This document shows positions 16,386-25,173 of a stretch of 35,245 bases of DNA, piece by piece; position 1 is the stretch's first letter; each line of letters starts with the position of its first letter. Under the pieces are notes generated by a model. It had not been told where the DNA came from and did not search any database. It was given only the letters and a program-made list of their open reading frames with translations. Made by a program: the position numbers and the translations under genes. Origin of the DNA: an uncultured Clostridia bacterium (GTDB lineage: Bacteria; Bacillota; Clostridia; TANB77; CAG-465); NCBI GenBank assembly GCA_947628575.1, contig CANRAK010000001.1:1-35245 (forward strand). The letters run 5' to 3'.

Positions 16386-17060
16386 TTAATTTTTATCTAA
16401 TGGATCTATGTCACTTTCTGCATTTATTTCATTATATGTCTCATTCTTACTCATAGCATTTTGTAGGTCGATTTCTTGATTTCTAGTTGTATCTTCAATT
16501 ATTGGTGAGGATACAATATTTCCATTATGTATTATGCTCTCAATGTTATTATAATGTAGTTGTGTATCTTTTATTGCATATATTACTGTTGCACTTCCTG
16601 TACCTTTTTCTGCATTTGTATAGATAATTATAACTCCATAATTTAGTATTCTATCAAATATAGTTCTTCGTATCTCTACTTCTCTAATATTTGAATATTC
16701 AATTGTCTTTCTTGTTTGATTTAAAAATGTATTTTCAAATATTATACAATCTTTATAAAATTTATAGCTAATTCCCTTATACTCAAGTACTTGGAATATT
16801 ACTCTAACAATAAATAGAATTATTGAAAATACTATAGCTATGTCTATAATTATGTTGCAGATATTATACATCATAACAAACATTTCATTATTTAATGACT
16901 CTACATAGTTTCCAGCCATAATTAGTACTATTTTTATAATTATAGCAAGAATTGTAGACATTAAAGCAGACTTCATCTTTCTACCTGTCGGCATAAACAT
17001 TTCATAGATAAAATCAAACTTTGGTTTTAACTCATATAAAAGTTCACCTTTTTCTTCCAT
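16386..17060 (-). CDS. Membrane protein with bacterial PH domain (bPH_2, YdbS/YdbT-like)
   Basis: 224 aa. Two TM helices, then YSNIREVEIRRTIFDRILNYGVIIIYT, the characteristic bPH_2 segment. GAGGTG RBS. Confidence 0.65.
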   Translation of the reverse strand: MEEKGELLYELKPKFDFIYEMFMPTGRKMKSALMSTILAIIIKIVLIMAGNYVESLNNEMFVMMYNICNIIIDIAIVFSIILFIVRVIFQVLEYKGISYKFYKDCIIFENTFLNQTRKTIEYSNIREVEIRRTIFDRILNYGVIIIYTNAEKGTGSATVIYAIKDTQLHYNNIESIIHNGNIVSSPIIEDTTRNQEIDLQNAMSKNETYNEINAESDIDPLDKN

Positions 17061-17083
17061 ATAAACACCTCACAAAATATAAT

Positions 17084-17785
17084 TTATTCTTCAATTACTG
17101 TTCCTATATTTTCGCCACTTACAACTCTTTTAATAGAGTCTTTATCATTTAAGGCAAATACAAGTATAGGAATTTTATTTTCCATACATAAAGTTATAGC
17201 TGTTGTATCCATAACCCCTAATTTTTCATTTATAGATTGCATATAAGTTACCTTATCATATTTAACTGCATCGCTGTATTTTTTAGGGTCTTTGTTATAC
17301 ACACCATCAACATTTTTTGCAAGTAATATTACATCTGAGTCCATCTCTACAGCTCTTAGTGCAGCAGCTGAATCTGTTGTGAAAAATGGGCTTCCTGTAC
17401 CACATGCAAATATAACTATTCTTCCTTTTTCTAGATGTCTAACTGCTCTTCTTCTAATATATGGTTCAGCTATTTGCTTCATCTCAATAGCTGTCTGTAC
17501 TCTGGTATCTACTCCTTTTGTTTCAATCATTTCTTGTAATGCTAGTGCATTTAATGTAGTTGCAAGCATTCCCATATAATCTGCTGTTGTTCTTTGAATA
17601 TACTCTTGACCATCTCTACCACGCCAAAAGTTTCCTGCTCCAATTACAACTGCAACCTCAACTCCTTGCTTATTTAAATCTACTAGTTGATTTGCAACTT
17701 TTTCAAGTTTTTTACTATCTATTCCTTTACCGTCTTCTTGACCTATTGCCTCACCACTTAATTTTATTAATATTCTCTTATACAT
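17084..17785 (-). CDS. pyrH: UMP kinase
   Basis: 233 aa. [20 protein letters not shown] and the C-terminal [11 protein letters not shown] motifs. Conserved position after tsf. Confidence 0.95.
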   Translation of the reverse strand: MYKRILIKLSGEAIGQEDGKGIDSKKLEKVANQLVDLNKQGVEVAVVIGAGNFWRGRDGQEYIQRTTADYMGMLATTLNALALQEMIETKGVDTRVQTAIEMKQIAEPYIRRRAVRHLEKGRIVIFACGTGSPFFTTDSAAALRAVEMDSDVILLAKNVDGVYNKDPKKYSDAVKYDKVTYMQSINEKLGVMDTTAITLCMENKIPILVFALNDKDSIKRVVSGENIGTVIEE

Positions 17786-17811
17786 CCTATTCCTCCGTAA
17801 CTCATATTAAA

Positions 17812-17840
17812 ATTATATCATTTATAATATTTAGTGTCAA
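17812..17840 (-). promoter_or_regulatory. Consensus sigma-A promoter for pyrH
   Basis: The minus strand reads TTGACA, 17 nt, TATAAT, a perfect consensus. It follows the tsf terminator directly and sits about 27 nt upstream of the pyrH ATG. Confidence 0.65.
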
Positions 17841-17853
17841 TTTTATATATGCG

Positions 17854-17882
17854 AAAAAAACTCGTAAAATAACTTTACGAGT
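17854..17882 (-). terminator. Rho-independent terminator of rpsB-tsf
   Basis: A 9-bp stem, actcgtaaa (17860-17868) paired with tttacgagt (17874-17882), with a 5-nt loop. A U run of about 6 follows on the minus strand (plus-strand A run 17854-17859; A 17860 is the closing stem base). Confidence 0.75.
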
Positions 17883-17891
17883 TTTTACATA

Positions 17892-18539
17892 TTAGCCATT
17901 AATTTGTTTCATAACTTCTTCAGCAAAGTTTTCTTCTTTTTTCTCTATTCCTTCGCCTCTTTCAAATCTAACAAATCTTCTAATAACTATATTTTCACCA
18001 ATTTTTGCTATTAATTCTGTTAATAGTTGTCCTACTGTTTTATCTGGATCTTTAACAAATGGTTGATCAAGTAAACAGATTTCTGAATAGAATTTATCCA
18101 TTCTTCCTTCAACTATTTTTTCAGCTATTGCTTCTGGTTTTCCTTCACTAATAGCTTTTTGTTTTTGTGCTTCTCTTTCTGCCTCAACTACTGTAGCAGG
18201 TACATCCTCACGTTTTACATATTGAGGAGCTGATGCTGCTATATGCATAGCAATATCTTTTACAAAGCTTTTAAATTCTTCATTAGTTGCAACAAAGTCT
18301 GTTTCAGAGTTAACTTCAACTAAAGCACCATATTTACCATTGTGAATGTATGCTTCAACTAGTCCTTCTGCAGCTGTTCTTCCAGCTTTTTTAGCAGCTT
18401 TTGCCATACCTTTTTGTTTTAAAAGCTCTATAGCTTTTTCAATATTTCCTTCAGCTTCTGTAAGGATTTTTTTGCAGTCCATTATTCCTGCACCAGTTCT
18501 ATCTCTTAATTCTTTAACTTGCTCGGCTGTTATTGCCAT
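17892..18539 (-). CDS. tsf: Elongation factor Ts (short form)
   Basis: [24 protein letters not shown] (UBA-like N-terminus) and TDFVA motif. Start moved to ATG 18539, 8 nt after the AGGGGG at 18548-18553. The track start at 18548 is a GTG inside the RBS. Confidence 0.92.
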   Translation of the reverse strand: MAITAEQVKELRDRTGAGIMDCKKILTEAEGNIEKAIELLKQKGMAKAAKKAGRTAAEGLVEAYIHNGKYGALVEVNSETDFVATNEEFKSFVKDIAMHIAASAPQYVKREDVPATVVEAEREAQKQKAISEGKPEAIAEKIVEGRMDKFYSEICLLDQPFVKDPDKTVGQLLTELIAKIGENIVIRRFVRFERGEGIEKKEENFAEEVMKQING

Positions 18540-18567
18540 ATAAAGCACCCCCTATTATATATTAATA

Positions 18568-19458
18568 TTATTCTTTTTCTTCTTTAACTTCTTCTGCCTC
18601 AGCTTCAGTTGTTTCTTCAGCTTTAGCTTCCTCAACTACTTCTTCTTTTTTGTTTTCTCTTTTAGTGTAATTTCTTCTATTGTTTTGTTTTGGTTTTCTC
18701 TCGATTTTATCAACGCCTTCTTTATCTACTAATTCTTGCATTGTTTCGATTTCTTCATCATCAATTGTAGTTAAGTTTCCTTCTTTTACTTCAATTACTG
18801 CATCTGCAATTTTTCCAGCTATTAAACTAACTGATCTTACTGCATCATCATTACCAGGTATAACCATATCTACATCTTCTGGATTACAGTTAGAATCTAT
18901 TAAACCTATTGTTGGAATATTAAGTTTTCTAGCCTCTTTAGTACAAATGTACTCTTTTTTAGAGTCAGCTAAGAATATTAATGATGGAAGTTTTTCCATA
19001 TTTTTAATACCACCTAAGTTAGTATTTAAAATTGTCATTTCTTTCTTTAATTTAATAACTTCTTTTTTTGGTAAAACTTCGAAAGTTCCATCTGCTTCCA
19101 TTTTTTCTAATTCATTAAGTCTAGCTATTCTTGTTTTAATAGTAGCAAAGTTTGTTAATGTACCACCTAACCATCTGCTGTTAATATAATACATTCCACA
19201 TCTTTCTGCTTCTTGTTTAATAGTTTCTTGGATTTGTTTTTTAGTTCCTACAAATAAAACTAATCCACCGTCTGCTACAACTTTTTTTGTTTCGTTGTAT
19301 GCTTCTTGTAACTTCTTTAAAGTTTTTTGTAAATCTAAGATGTATATTCCATTTCTAGCTGTGAATATATATGGAGCCATTCTTGGATCCCATCTTTTTG
19401 TTTGGTGTCCAAAGTGTACACCAGCTTCTAGTAATGATTTCATTGGTATAATTGCCAT
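18568..19458 (-). CDS. rpsB: 30S ribosomal protein S2 with an acidic/lysine-rich C-terminal tail
   Basis: [19 protein letters not shown] signature. Start moved to ATG 19458 (MAIIPMK...), with GGAGGA at 19467-19472. Confidence 0.95.
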   Translation of the reverse strand: MAIIPMKSLLEAGVHFGHQTKRWDPRMAPYIFTARNGIYILDLQKTLKKLQEAYNETKKVVADGGLVLFVGTKKQIQETIKQEAERCGMYYINSRWLGGTLTNFATIKTRIARLNELEKMEADGTFEVLPKKEVIKLKKEMTILNTNLGGIKNMEKLPSLIFLADSKKEYICTKEARKLNIPTIGLIDSNCNPEDVDMVIPGNDDAVRSVSLIAGKIADAVIEVKEGNLTTIDDEEIETMQELVDKEGVDKIERKPKQNNRRNYTKRENKKEEVVEEAKAEETTEAEAEEVKEEKE

Positions 19459-19586
19459 TTTAAAATTCCTCCTTCTTTCTATCCTCCACAATTATCTTCA
19501 TTTTACAATGTCCATATTGGAAGAAGTGTAAAACTCCAACTGTGTGTGTATTTGTATGTCAACTAGATATAACATACAGCGCTTTA

Positions 19587-19615
19587 ATTATACCATAAAG
19601 TTACACGTTATGCAA
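19587..19615 (-). promoter_or_regulatory. Sigma-A-type promoter (extended -10) for rpsB-tsf
   Basis: The minus strand reads TTGCAT, 17 nt (ending in TGG), TATAAT. This leaves a leader of about 120 nt before the rpsB ATG. Confidence 0.6.
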
Positions 19616-19657
19616 TCTTTTTACTAGAAAACATCTATAAAAATTCACTATTTTAGC

Positions 19658-19690
19658 AAAAAATAACACCATCTATAATGATGATGTTAT
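19658..19690 (-). terminator. Rho-independent terminator of the surface protein gene
   Basis: An 11-bp stem, 19663-19673 paired with 19680-19690, with one G-U pair on the minus transcript and a 6-nt loop. A U run follows. Confidence 0.65.
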
Positions 19691-19698
19691 TTTATATA

Positions 19699-22218
19699 CT
19701 ATAATGGTGTATCATTTTTAAATGCAGTAAGTATTGCCATTGCATCTACTGCAGAAAGTCCTGGCGTTCCATCTACATCTCCTAAATATAATTCTTCTTC
19801 AGTTGCATTTTGATTTTTAAATAATGTTAACACTTTAGATGCGTCTACTGCATCTACAACACCACTTTTATCTACATCTCCTTTTAGAAATACTATCTCT
19901 TTTATTTCAAAATTTGCAGTTGCTATTCCTTCTTTGTAGTTGTGTGTTTCTTTTGATACAGCTTTTACTGTATATGCACCTAATTCTGTTGGAACATCTG
20001 TTGTATATTTGCTATCTGGATCTGTTTGTTTCTTATAATAATACGTTAATTCTCCACCAGACTTGTTTGTTATAACTTTAACTTGTGGTAAATCTCCATA
20101 TCTTACATCTGAACAACTTATTTCTAAGATATTATCTGCTTGCAAAATATTAAATTTTGCCCAGATTATTCTACTTGTATAATTATAATCTCTAGGAGTT
20201 GCAGATACATATACATAATATGTTCCTACCTCTGTAGGTTTTTGAGTAGTAGCACCATTAATATTTTTTGTAGTATTATATTTAATTACTGCCAGTTTAC
20301 AACCAGCATTGTTTTCAATTAGTTCTAGATTTATATCCTCTCCATATTTAATATCACTAACTGAAATAGTAAAATCACTTTCTTTACTTGATATATTAAA
20401 TTGCTTTTCTGCTGTACCAGAATACTGTCCCTTACCTGTTACAACAACTTTAGCATAAGGACTAATTGCTGTTATATTATTTTCGTATTTTACTGTATAG
20501 TCTACATCTCTTTTTAACTCTTTTCCACCATATAATACTAAAATTTCTGGTCTTTTTTCAGTGCCATCATATGTATAATAGTCTTCTTTAAGTACTATCA
20601 TAGATGATAATATTTCATTACTATTAGTATCTATTATTTCATATTTTTTGTTATTTTCTGTTACCCAATTATATGCATAAGAATTAGCTTCAACATAATA
20701 TACCACGTTATTACAATACGTAAATACATCTGGACTTAAATTCTTTATACTAGGTGGAATAATTGCAGCTGTTAAATATGAGCATGTAAAGAAAGAGCTC
20801 TTTGCAAAATTTGCATTACAGCCATCTTCTATAATTAGAGTTTGTATATATGCATTATTAAAGGCATTTTTTTCTACGGTTTTAACTGAAGCTGGTATAT
20901 TTATTCCTCTTATACTACAATCTTTAAAAGCTTCTTCGCCTATTTCTTGAACATTTGGTCCTAGTTCCACTGATGTTACTTTTCTACACCTATAAAACGC
21001 TCTTTTTCTAATCTTTTTAACATTTTTATCTAACACTACTTTTCCTTCTGTTCCAGGAGTACATAGTATTACTTCAGATTTATCCTTATTATATAATATT
21101 CCTCCCTCAAATGTGAAATTTGGATTATCTGGACTGATATTTAACTGAGTAAGATTTTCACAATCTTCAAAAGCAGACTCACCTATTTCATAAAGAGTGG
21201 CAGGTATATTAACCGTAGTTAAGTCTTTGCACCTATCAAAAGCATTATCATATATTTTCTCGACATGATTAGGTAAAGTGACAGTTTTTATTACTTGTCC
21301 ACCCACTGTAACAGCAAACGAAAAAGCAGAATCTGCTATTGATTTTACTTCCATTACTCTTGGGCCATCATAGAACTCTCTAGTAAATGTATCTGGAACG
21401 ATAACATCCTCCTCGAATCCATCATACTGTAATAACGCAGGTTCATCTCCTTGAGCTATCCATCCAAATCTAAATCCGTCAGGCTCTTCTTCTATGTCAT
21501 AGCTTCTTGGTGCTGATTCGTTATATCCTGCTTCAACAGTATATACTTTCCCATCTAAAATTGCAGAAACGTTTCTATGATTGCTAAGAAGTCCACCACT
21601 TTTATCTCCGTCATATCTTTCATAAGCTTTTATTCCTAACATTTCACTCATTTTAATTATGGTATGTGAACTTGCTATACAATCACCACTATGTATTAAT
21701 GGATAATATCTATAATCTGGAGAAGTACCATAATCAAACTGTACAACATAGTCACAAATTTTTTCCATTTTTTCATAGTCACTCATTGTACTTGTTATAT
21801 TTTCTGCTATATATTTTTCATATTCGTTTTCTATCCATTCGTCTAAATAATCTTTAACATTTACTGTAACGTAAAAATGCTCATTACCTACCCATGCATC
21901 AACAGTAGCAGTTGTTCTACCTTCTCCTGTTGGAGTAATCTTTCCATCTTCACTAAGTTTTAAATATACATACGCACCACTACTTAAAGTATATGTTGGT
22001 ATAATATTAGTACCACTTACTTCTAATTTATACTCTGTTAGATAGTCATCTGGTATTGATACTCCATGCTCTTTAGCAGTATCACTTAAATACCACAATG
22101 TTACCTCTGTTGCATTTATACTTGCATTATTATTTGTAGCTATTACTACTTTAAAACTTATACCAATTAAAACAAGCAAAAATATAATTAAGCTTGCAAC
22201 AATATTAGATTTTTTCAT
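19699..22218 (-). CDS. Secreted multidomain surface protein: Ig-like domain, transglutaminase-like Cys-protease core, BspA-type leucine-rich repeats, Ig-like (MBG-like) repeats and a C-terminal type I dockerin
   Basis: Signal or anchor sequence MKKSNIVASLIIFLLVLIGI. HSGDCIASS...LGIKAY...NHRNVSAILDG matches the transglutaminase-like C/H/D core. Repeated AFxxCxxLTxVxIPxxVxxIGxxAF units are LRR_5/BspA type. Two units of about 75 aa share YG...PTE(V/L)G(T/A)Y...NY. The C-terminal duplicated Ca-binding segments GDVDKSGVVDAVDASKVL and GDVDGTPGLSAVDAMAIL form the dockerin. Start moved to ATG 22218 (AGGTGA RBS). Confidence 0.78.
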   Translation of the reverse strand: MKKSNIVASLIIFLLVLIGISFKVVIATNNNASINATEVTLWYLSDTAKEHGVSIPDDYLTEYKLEVSGTNIIPTYTLSSGAYVYLKLSEDGKITPTGEGRTTATVDAWVGNEHFYVTVNVKDYLDEWIENEYEKYIAENITSTMSDYEKMEKICDYVVQFDYGTSPDYRYYPLIHSGDCIASSHTIIKMSEMLGIKAYERYDGDKSGGLLSNHRNVSAILDGKVYTVEAGYNESAPRSYDIEEEPDGFRFGWIAQGDEPALLQYDGFEEDVIVPDTFTREFYDGPRVMEVKSIADSAFSFAVTVGGQVIKTVTLPNHVEKIYDNAFDRCKDLTTVNIPATLYEIGESAFEDCENLTQLNISPDNPNFTFEGGILYNKDKSEVILCTPGTEGKVVLDKNVKKIRKRAFYRCRKVTSVELGPNVQEIGEEAFKDCSIRGINIPASVKTVEKNAFNNAYIQTLIIEDGCNANFAKSSFFTCSYLTAAIIPPSIKNLSPDVFTYCNNVVYYVEANSYAYNWVTENNKKYEIIDTNSNEILSSMIVLKEDYYTYDGTEKRPEILVLYGGKELKRDVDYTVKYENNITAISPYAKVVVTGKGQYSGTAEKQFNISSKESDFTISVSDIKYGEDINLELIENNAGCKLAVIKYNTTKNINGATTQKPTEVGTYYVYVSATPRDYNYTSRIIWAKFNILQADNILEISCSDVRYGDLPQVKVITNKSGGELTYYYKKQTDPDSKYTTDVPTELGAYTVKAVSKETHNYKEGIATANFEIKEIVFLKGDVDKSGVVDAVDASKVLTLFKNQNATEEELYLGDVDGTPGLSAVDAMAILTAFKNDTPL

Positions 22219-22248
22219 ACACAAATCACCTATATTAATAACAACTCT

Positions 22249-22277
22249 ATTATAGCATATTGAATTCTTTTACTCAA
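22249..22277 (-). promoter_or_regulatory. Sigma-A-type promoter (extended -10) for the dockerin/LRR surface protein gene
   Basis: The minus strand reads TTGAGT, 17 nt (ending in TGC), TATAAT. It lies between the ftsH terminator and the AGGTGA RBS. Confidence 0.55.
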
Positions 22278-22298
22278 TAATGTATATTACATTTTAAG

Positions 22299-22327
22299 AA
22301 AAAAAACGGTCTACCAAAAAGTAGACC
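22299..22327 (-). terminator. Rho-independent terminator of ftsH
   Basis: A 7-bp G/C-containing stem, ggtctac (22308-22314) paired with gtagacc (22321-22327). On the minus strand it is followed by G plus U8. Confidence 0.75.
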
Positions 22328-22337
22328 ATTTTATTTT

Positions 22338-24152
22338 TTACTCATTAAATACTGCTTCAAATTCTTCTCCTGTTATTTTCTCTTTTTCTATTAACATTTT
22401 TGCAACTTTATGAAGCTTTTCTATATTTTCTTTAAGTATTCTTTCTGCACTCTTATATGCATTCATAACTATACTTCTTATTTCTTCATCTATTTTTGAT
22501 GCAGTATCTTCACTGTAATCCCTGTTATGTGATGCCATTTCTTTACCAAGAAATACTTCATCTTGTGAACCGCCAAAAGCGATCGGTCCAAGAGTTTCTG
22601 ACATACCATATTTCATTACCATTTCTCTTGCTATTTTTGTTGCTCTTTCAATATCATTTGATGCACCTGTACTTATATCATCTAATACAAGTTGCTCTGC
22701 AACTCTACCGCCAAGTAGTGAAACAATATGTTCTTTCATCTCAGACTTAGAAGCATAGCTCTTATCTTCATTTGGTTTATACATTGTGTATCCACCAGCC
22801 ATACCTCTTGGAATAATTGAAATCTCATGTATATTGTCATGAGTTGGTAAAAATCTTGCTACGACGGCATGACCTGCTTCATGGTATGCTGTAAGTTTCT
22901 TTTCTTTGTCACTTATAACTTTGCTCTTTTTCTCAGGTCCCATCATTACTTTTACCATTGCTTCTTCAACATCATTAATATCTATTGTCTTTTTATCTTT
23001 TCTAGCTGCAAGTAATACAGATTCATTTATCATATTCTCTAAATCTGCTCCACTAAATCCAGCAGTATTTTTAGCTATAACTTTAAAATCTATACCTTGT
23101 ACAAAAGGTTTATTCTTAGCATGTAATTTTAAGATTTCTTCTCTTGCTCTTAAATCTGGAGTTCCAACAACTATTTGTCTATCAAATCTACCAGGTCTTA
23201 AAAGAGCAGGATCTAGTATATCTGGTCTGTTTGTAGCAGCCATTACTATTATACTTTCATGAGTTGCAAATCCGTCCATTTCAACTAGTAATTGGTTTAA
23301 TGTTTGTTCTCTTTCATCATGTCCGCCGCCAAGACCAGCACCTCTATGACGACCTACAGCATCAATTTCATCTATAAATATGATACAAGGTGAATTTGCT
23401 TTTGCTTCTTTAAACATATCTCTAACACGTGATGCACCAACACCAACAAACATCTCAACGAAGTCTGAACCACTTATGCTAAAAAATGGTACATTTGCTT
23501 CTCCAGCAACAGCTTTTGCAAGTAATGTTTTACCAGTACCTGGTCCACCCACAAGTAATATACCTTTTGGAATTCTTGCGCCCATATCAATATATTTTTT
23601 AGGATTTTTTAAGAATTCCACTTCTTCTTGTAATTCTTCTTTTTCCTCATCTAGTCCAGCTACATCTGCAAAAGTAACTTTCTTAGGGGAATTTTTATCT
23701 ATCTTCTGTGCTCTACTCTTTCCAAAATCCATAGCTTTACTATTGCTATCACTTGTTCTTCTTAATGCGTACATTAATATAAATAAAGTTCCAATTAGTA
23801 ATAGTATGTTTGGAATATATGGTGCAAGAGCATCCATAATACCTTCCTGTGCTACAGAAAGTTCAAATTCTTGGTTAGTTATTCTATCTTGAACTGACTC
23901 TAAAAATGATGTTGTATTTGGTATATCTACAACTCGTGTTATATTTTCTTCATCTTTTAATAACACATTTGCAGTAAGTCTATCTATACCAAGTTCTATA
24001 CTCTTTACATCTCCAGCTTCTATTTTTTGTATTAATTCTGTATAAGACATTTCCTTTATTTGATTAGAGTCTAAAGATGTTATTGCATAAATAGCTAATC
24101 CAATTAATACTATATATATTACTAGTGTTCTAATTGCGCTTTTTTTATTCAT
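22338..24152 (-). CDS. ftsH: ATP-dependent zinc metalloprotease FtsH
   Basis: Walker A GPPGTGKT, Walker B IIFIDEID, second region of homology, and the zinc site HEAGHA. Start moved to ATG 24152 (MNKKSAIR..., GGGAG RBS). This removes the overlap with tilS. Confidence 0.95.
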   Translation of the reverse strand: MNKKSAIRTLVIYIVLIGLAIYAITSLDSNQIKEMSYTELIQKIEAGDVKSIELGIDRLTANVLLKDEENITRVVDIPNTTSFLESVQDRITNQEFELSVAQEGIMDALAPYIPNILLLIGTLFILMYALRRTSDSNSKAMDFGKSRAQKIDKNSPKKVTFADVAGLDEEKEELQEEVEFLKNPKKYIDMGARIPKGILLVGGPGTGKTLLAKAVAGEANVPFFSISGSDFVEMFVGVGASRVRDMFKEAKANSPCIIFIDEIDAVGRHRGAGLGGGHDEREQTLNQLLVEMDGFATHESIIVMAATNRPDILDPALLRPGRFDRQIVVGTPDLRAREEILKLHAKNKPFVQGIDFKVIAKNTAGFSGADLENMINESVLLAARKDKKTIDINDVEEAMVKVMMGPEKKSKVISDKEKKLTAYHEAGHAVVARFLPTHDNIHEISIIPRGMAGGYTMYKPNEDKSYASKSEMKEHIVSLLGGRVAEQLVLDDISTGASNDIERATKIAREMVMKYGMSETLGPIAFGGSQDEVFLGKEMASHNRDYSEDTASKIDEEIRSIVMNAYKSAERILKENIEKLHKVAKMLIEKEKITGEEFEAVFNE

Positions 24153-24168
24153 TTTATCTCCCTTCAAT

Positions 24169-25173
24169 TTAGTATATAACAGCAATGTTTTTCTTTAATA
24201 CTTCAATTGTAAACTTATTTCCAATTATATACTTCTTTCCTTTAATATTATTGTCTAATAGTTTTATAATATCCATTATATGTATATTTTCTATACCATC
24301 TAAATTAGATATTTTTTTCTCTACTACTTTTCTAATAACTCTACTTTTTATACTATCATGTTCGCCCATAAAATTAGAAAAGTTAAAAATGATACCATTA
24401 TCATCATCTTTTATTATAATTTTATTAAAGATATTATCTACATATTCTTCAATAAAATCATTATCTTGTTTTAGTATATTCCTCATCCTATTTATATTTG
24501 TTATAAAATTAGGATTTAGCTCTTGTAGATAAGGAATAAGTTTTAGTCTTACCTTATTTCTAAGATATATTTCCTCCTCGTTTGTTTTATCTATACAAGG
24601 ATTTAACTCTAGTATATCATTATACATCAGAATATCCTTTTTTTCAATAGTAAGTAATGGTCTTATAATGTTATTATATCTAAAGTCCATACCTGTAAGT
24701 CCTTTAAGTCCAGAGCCTCTAATTAAGTTTAGTAGCACTGTTTCAACATTATCATTTAAATTATGTGCAACTGCTATACTGTCTGCATTTTCTTCTTTTC
24801 TAACTGTTTCAAAGAACTCATATCTTACTTTTCTTCCATAAGTTTCTTCAGACATTTTTTCTTTCTTTGAAAGTTCTGGTACATTAACCTTTAAATAATG
24901 AAAAGAAATATCTCTTTTTTTACAAAAATCTTCAACATATTTCTTTTCATCATCTGACTCTTTTCTAATCCCATGATTTACATGTGCAACTACTATACTA
25001 AAACTTAATTCATCTTTTATTTTATATAAAGAATCTAGTAAACACATAGAATCAGGGCCACCAGAAACGGCAACAACAACCTTATCTCCTTTTTTCGCAA
25101 GAGAATTTTCTATAATATTATTTTTTACAATATTAATAATATCATCCACCATATTCTTTTTCAATTTCATCAT
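24169..25173 (-). CDS. tilS: tRNA(Ile)-lysidine synthase (short form)
   Basis: PP-loop VAVSGGPDSMCL plus HVNHGIR and HNLNDNVETVLLNLIRG. The start is ambiguous: ATG at 25173, 25170 or 25152. All three overlap the 3' end of dnaB, whose stop is at 25142-25144. Confidence 0.85.
   Translation of the reverse strand: MMKLKKNMVDDIINIVKNNIIENSLAKKGDKVVVAVSGGPDSMCLLDSLYKIKDELSFSIVVAHVNHGIRKESDDEKKYVEDFCKKRDISFHYLKVNVPELSKKEKMSEETYGRKVRYEFFETVRKEENADSIAVAHNLNDNVETVLLNLIRGSGLKGLTGMDFRYNNIIRPLLTIEKKDILMYNDILELNPCIDKTNEEEIYLRNKVRLKLIPYLQELNPNFITNINRMRNILKQDNDFIEEYVDNIFNKIIIKDDDNGIIFNFSNFMGEHDSIKSRVIRKVVEKKISNLDGIENIHIMDIIKLLDNNIKGKKYIIGNKFTIEVLKKNIAVIY

Noticed and set aside
23380-23892. Long plus-strand ORFs antisense to ftsH (also 22906-23262), dnaB (25563-26051), rpsB (18680-19189), the ParA-like gene (1297-1596), gdpP, helD and others
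   Set aside because: All sit opposite well-supported conserved genes. They lack RBSs and encode S/F/L/I-rich low-complexity peptides, the expected mirror of K/E/N-rich sense codons. They are treated as non-coding shadows rather than overlapping genes.
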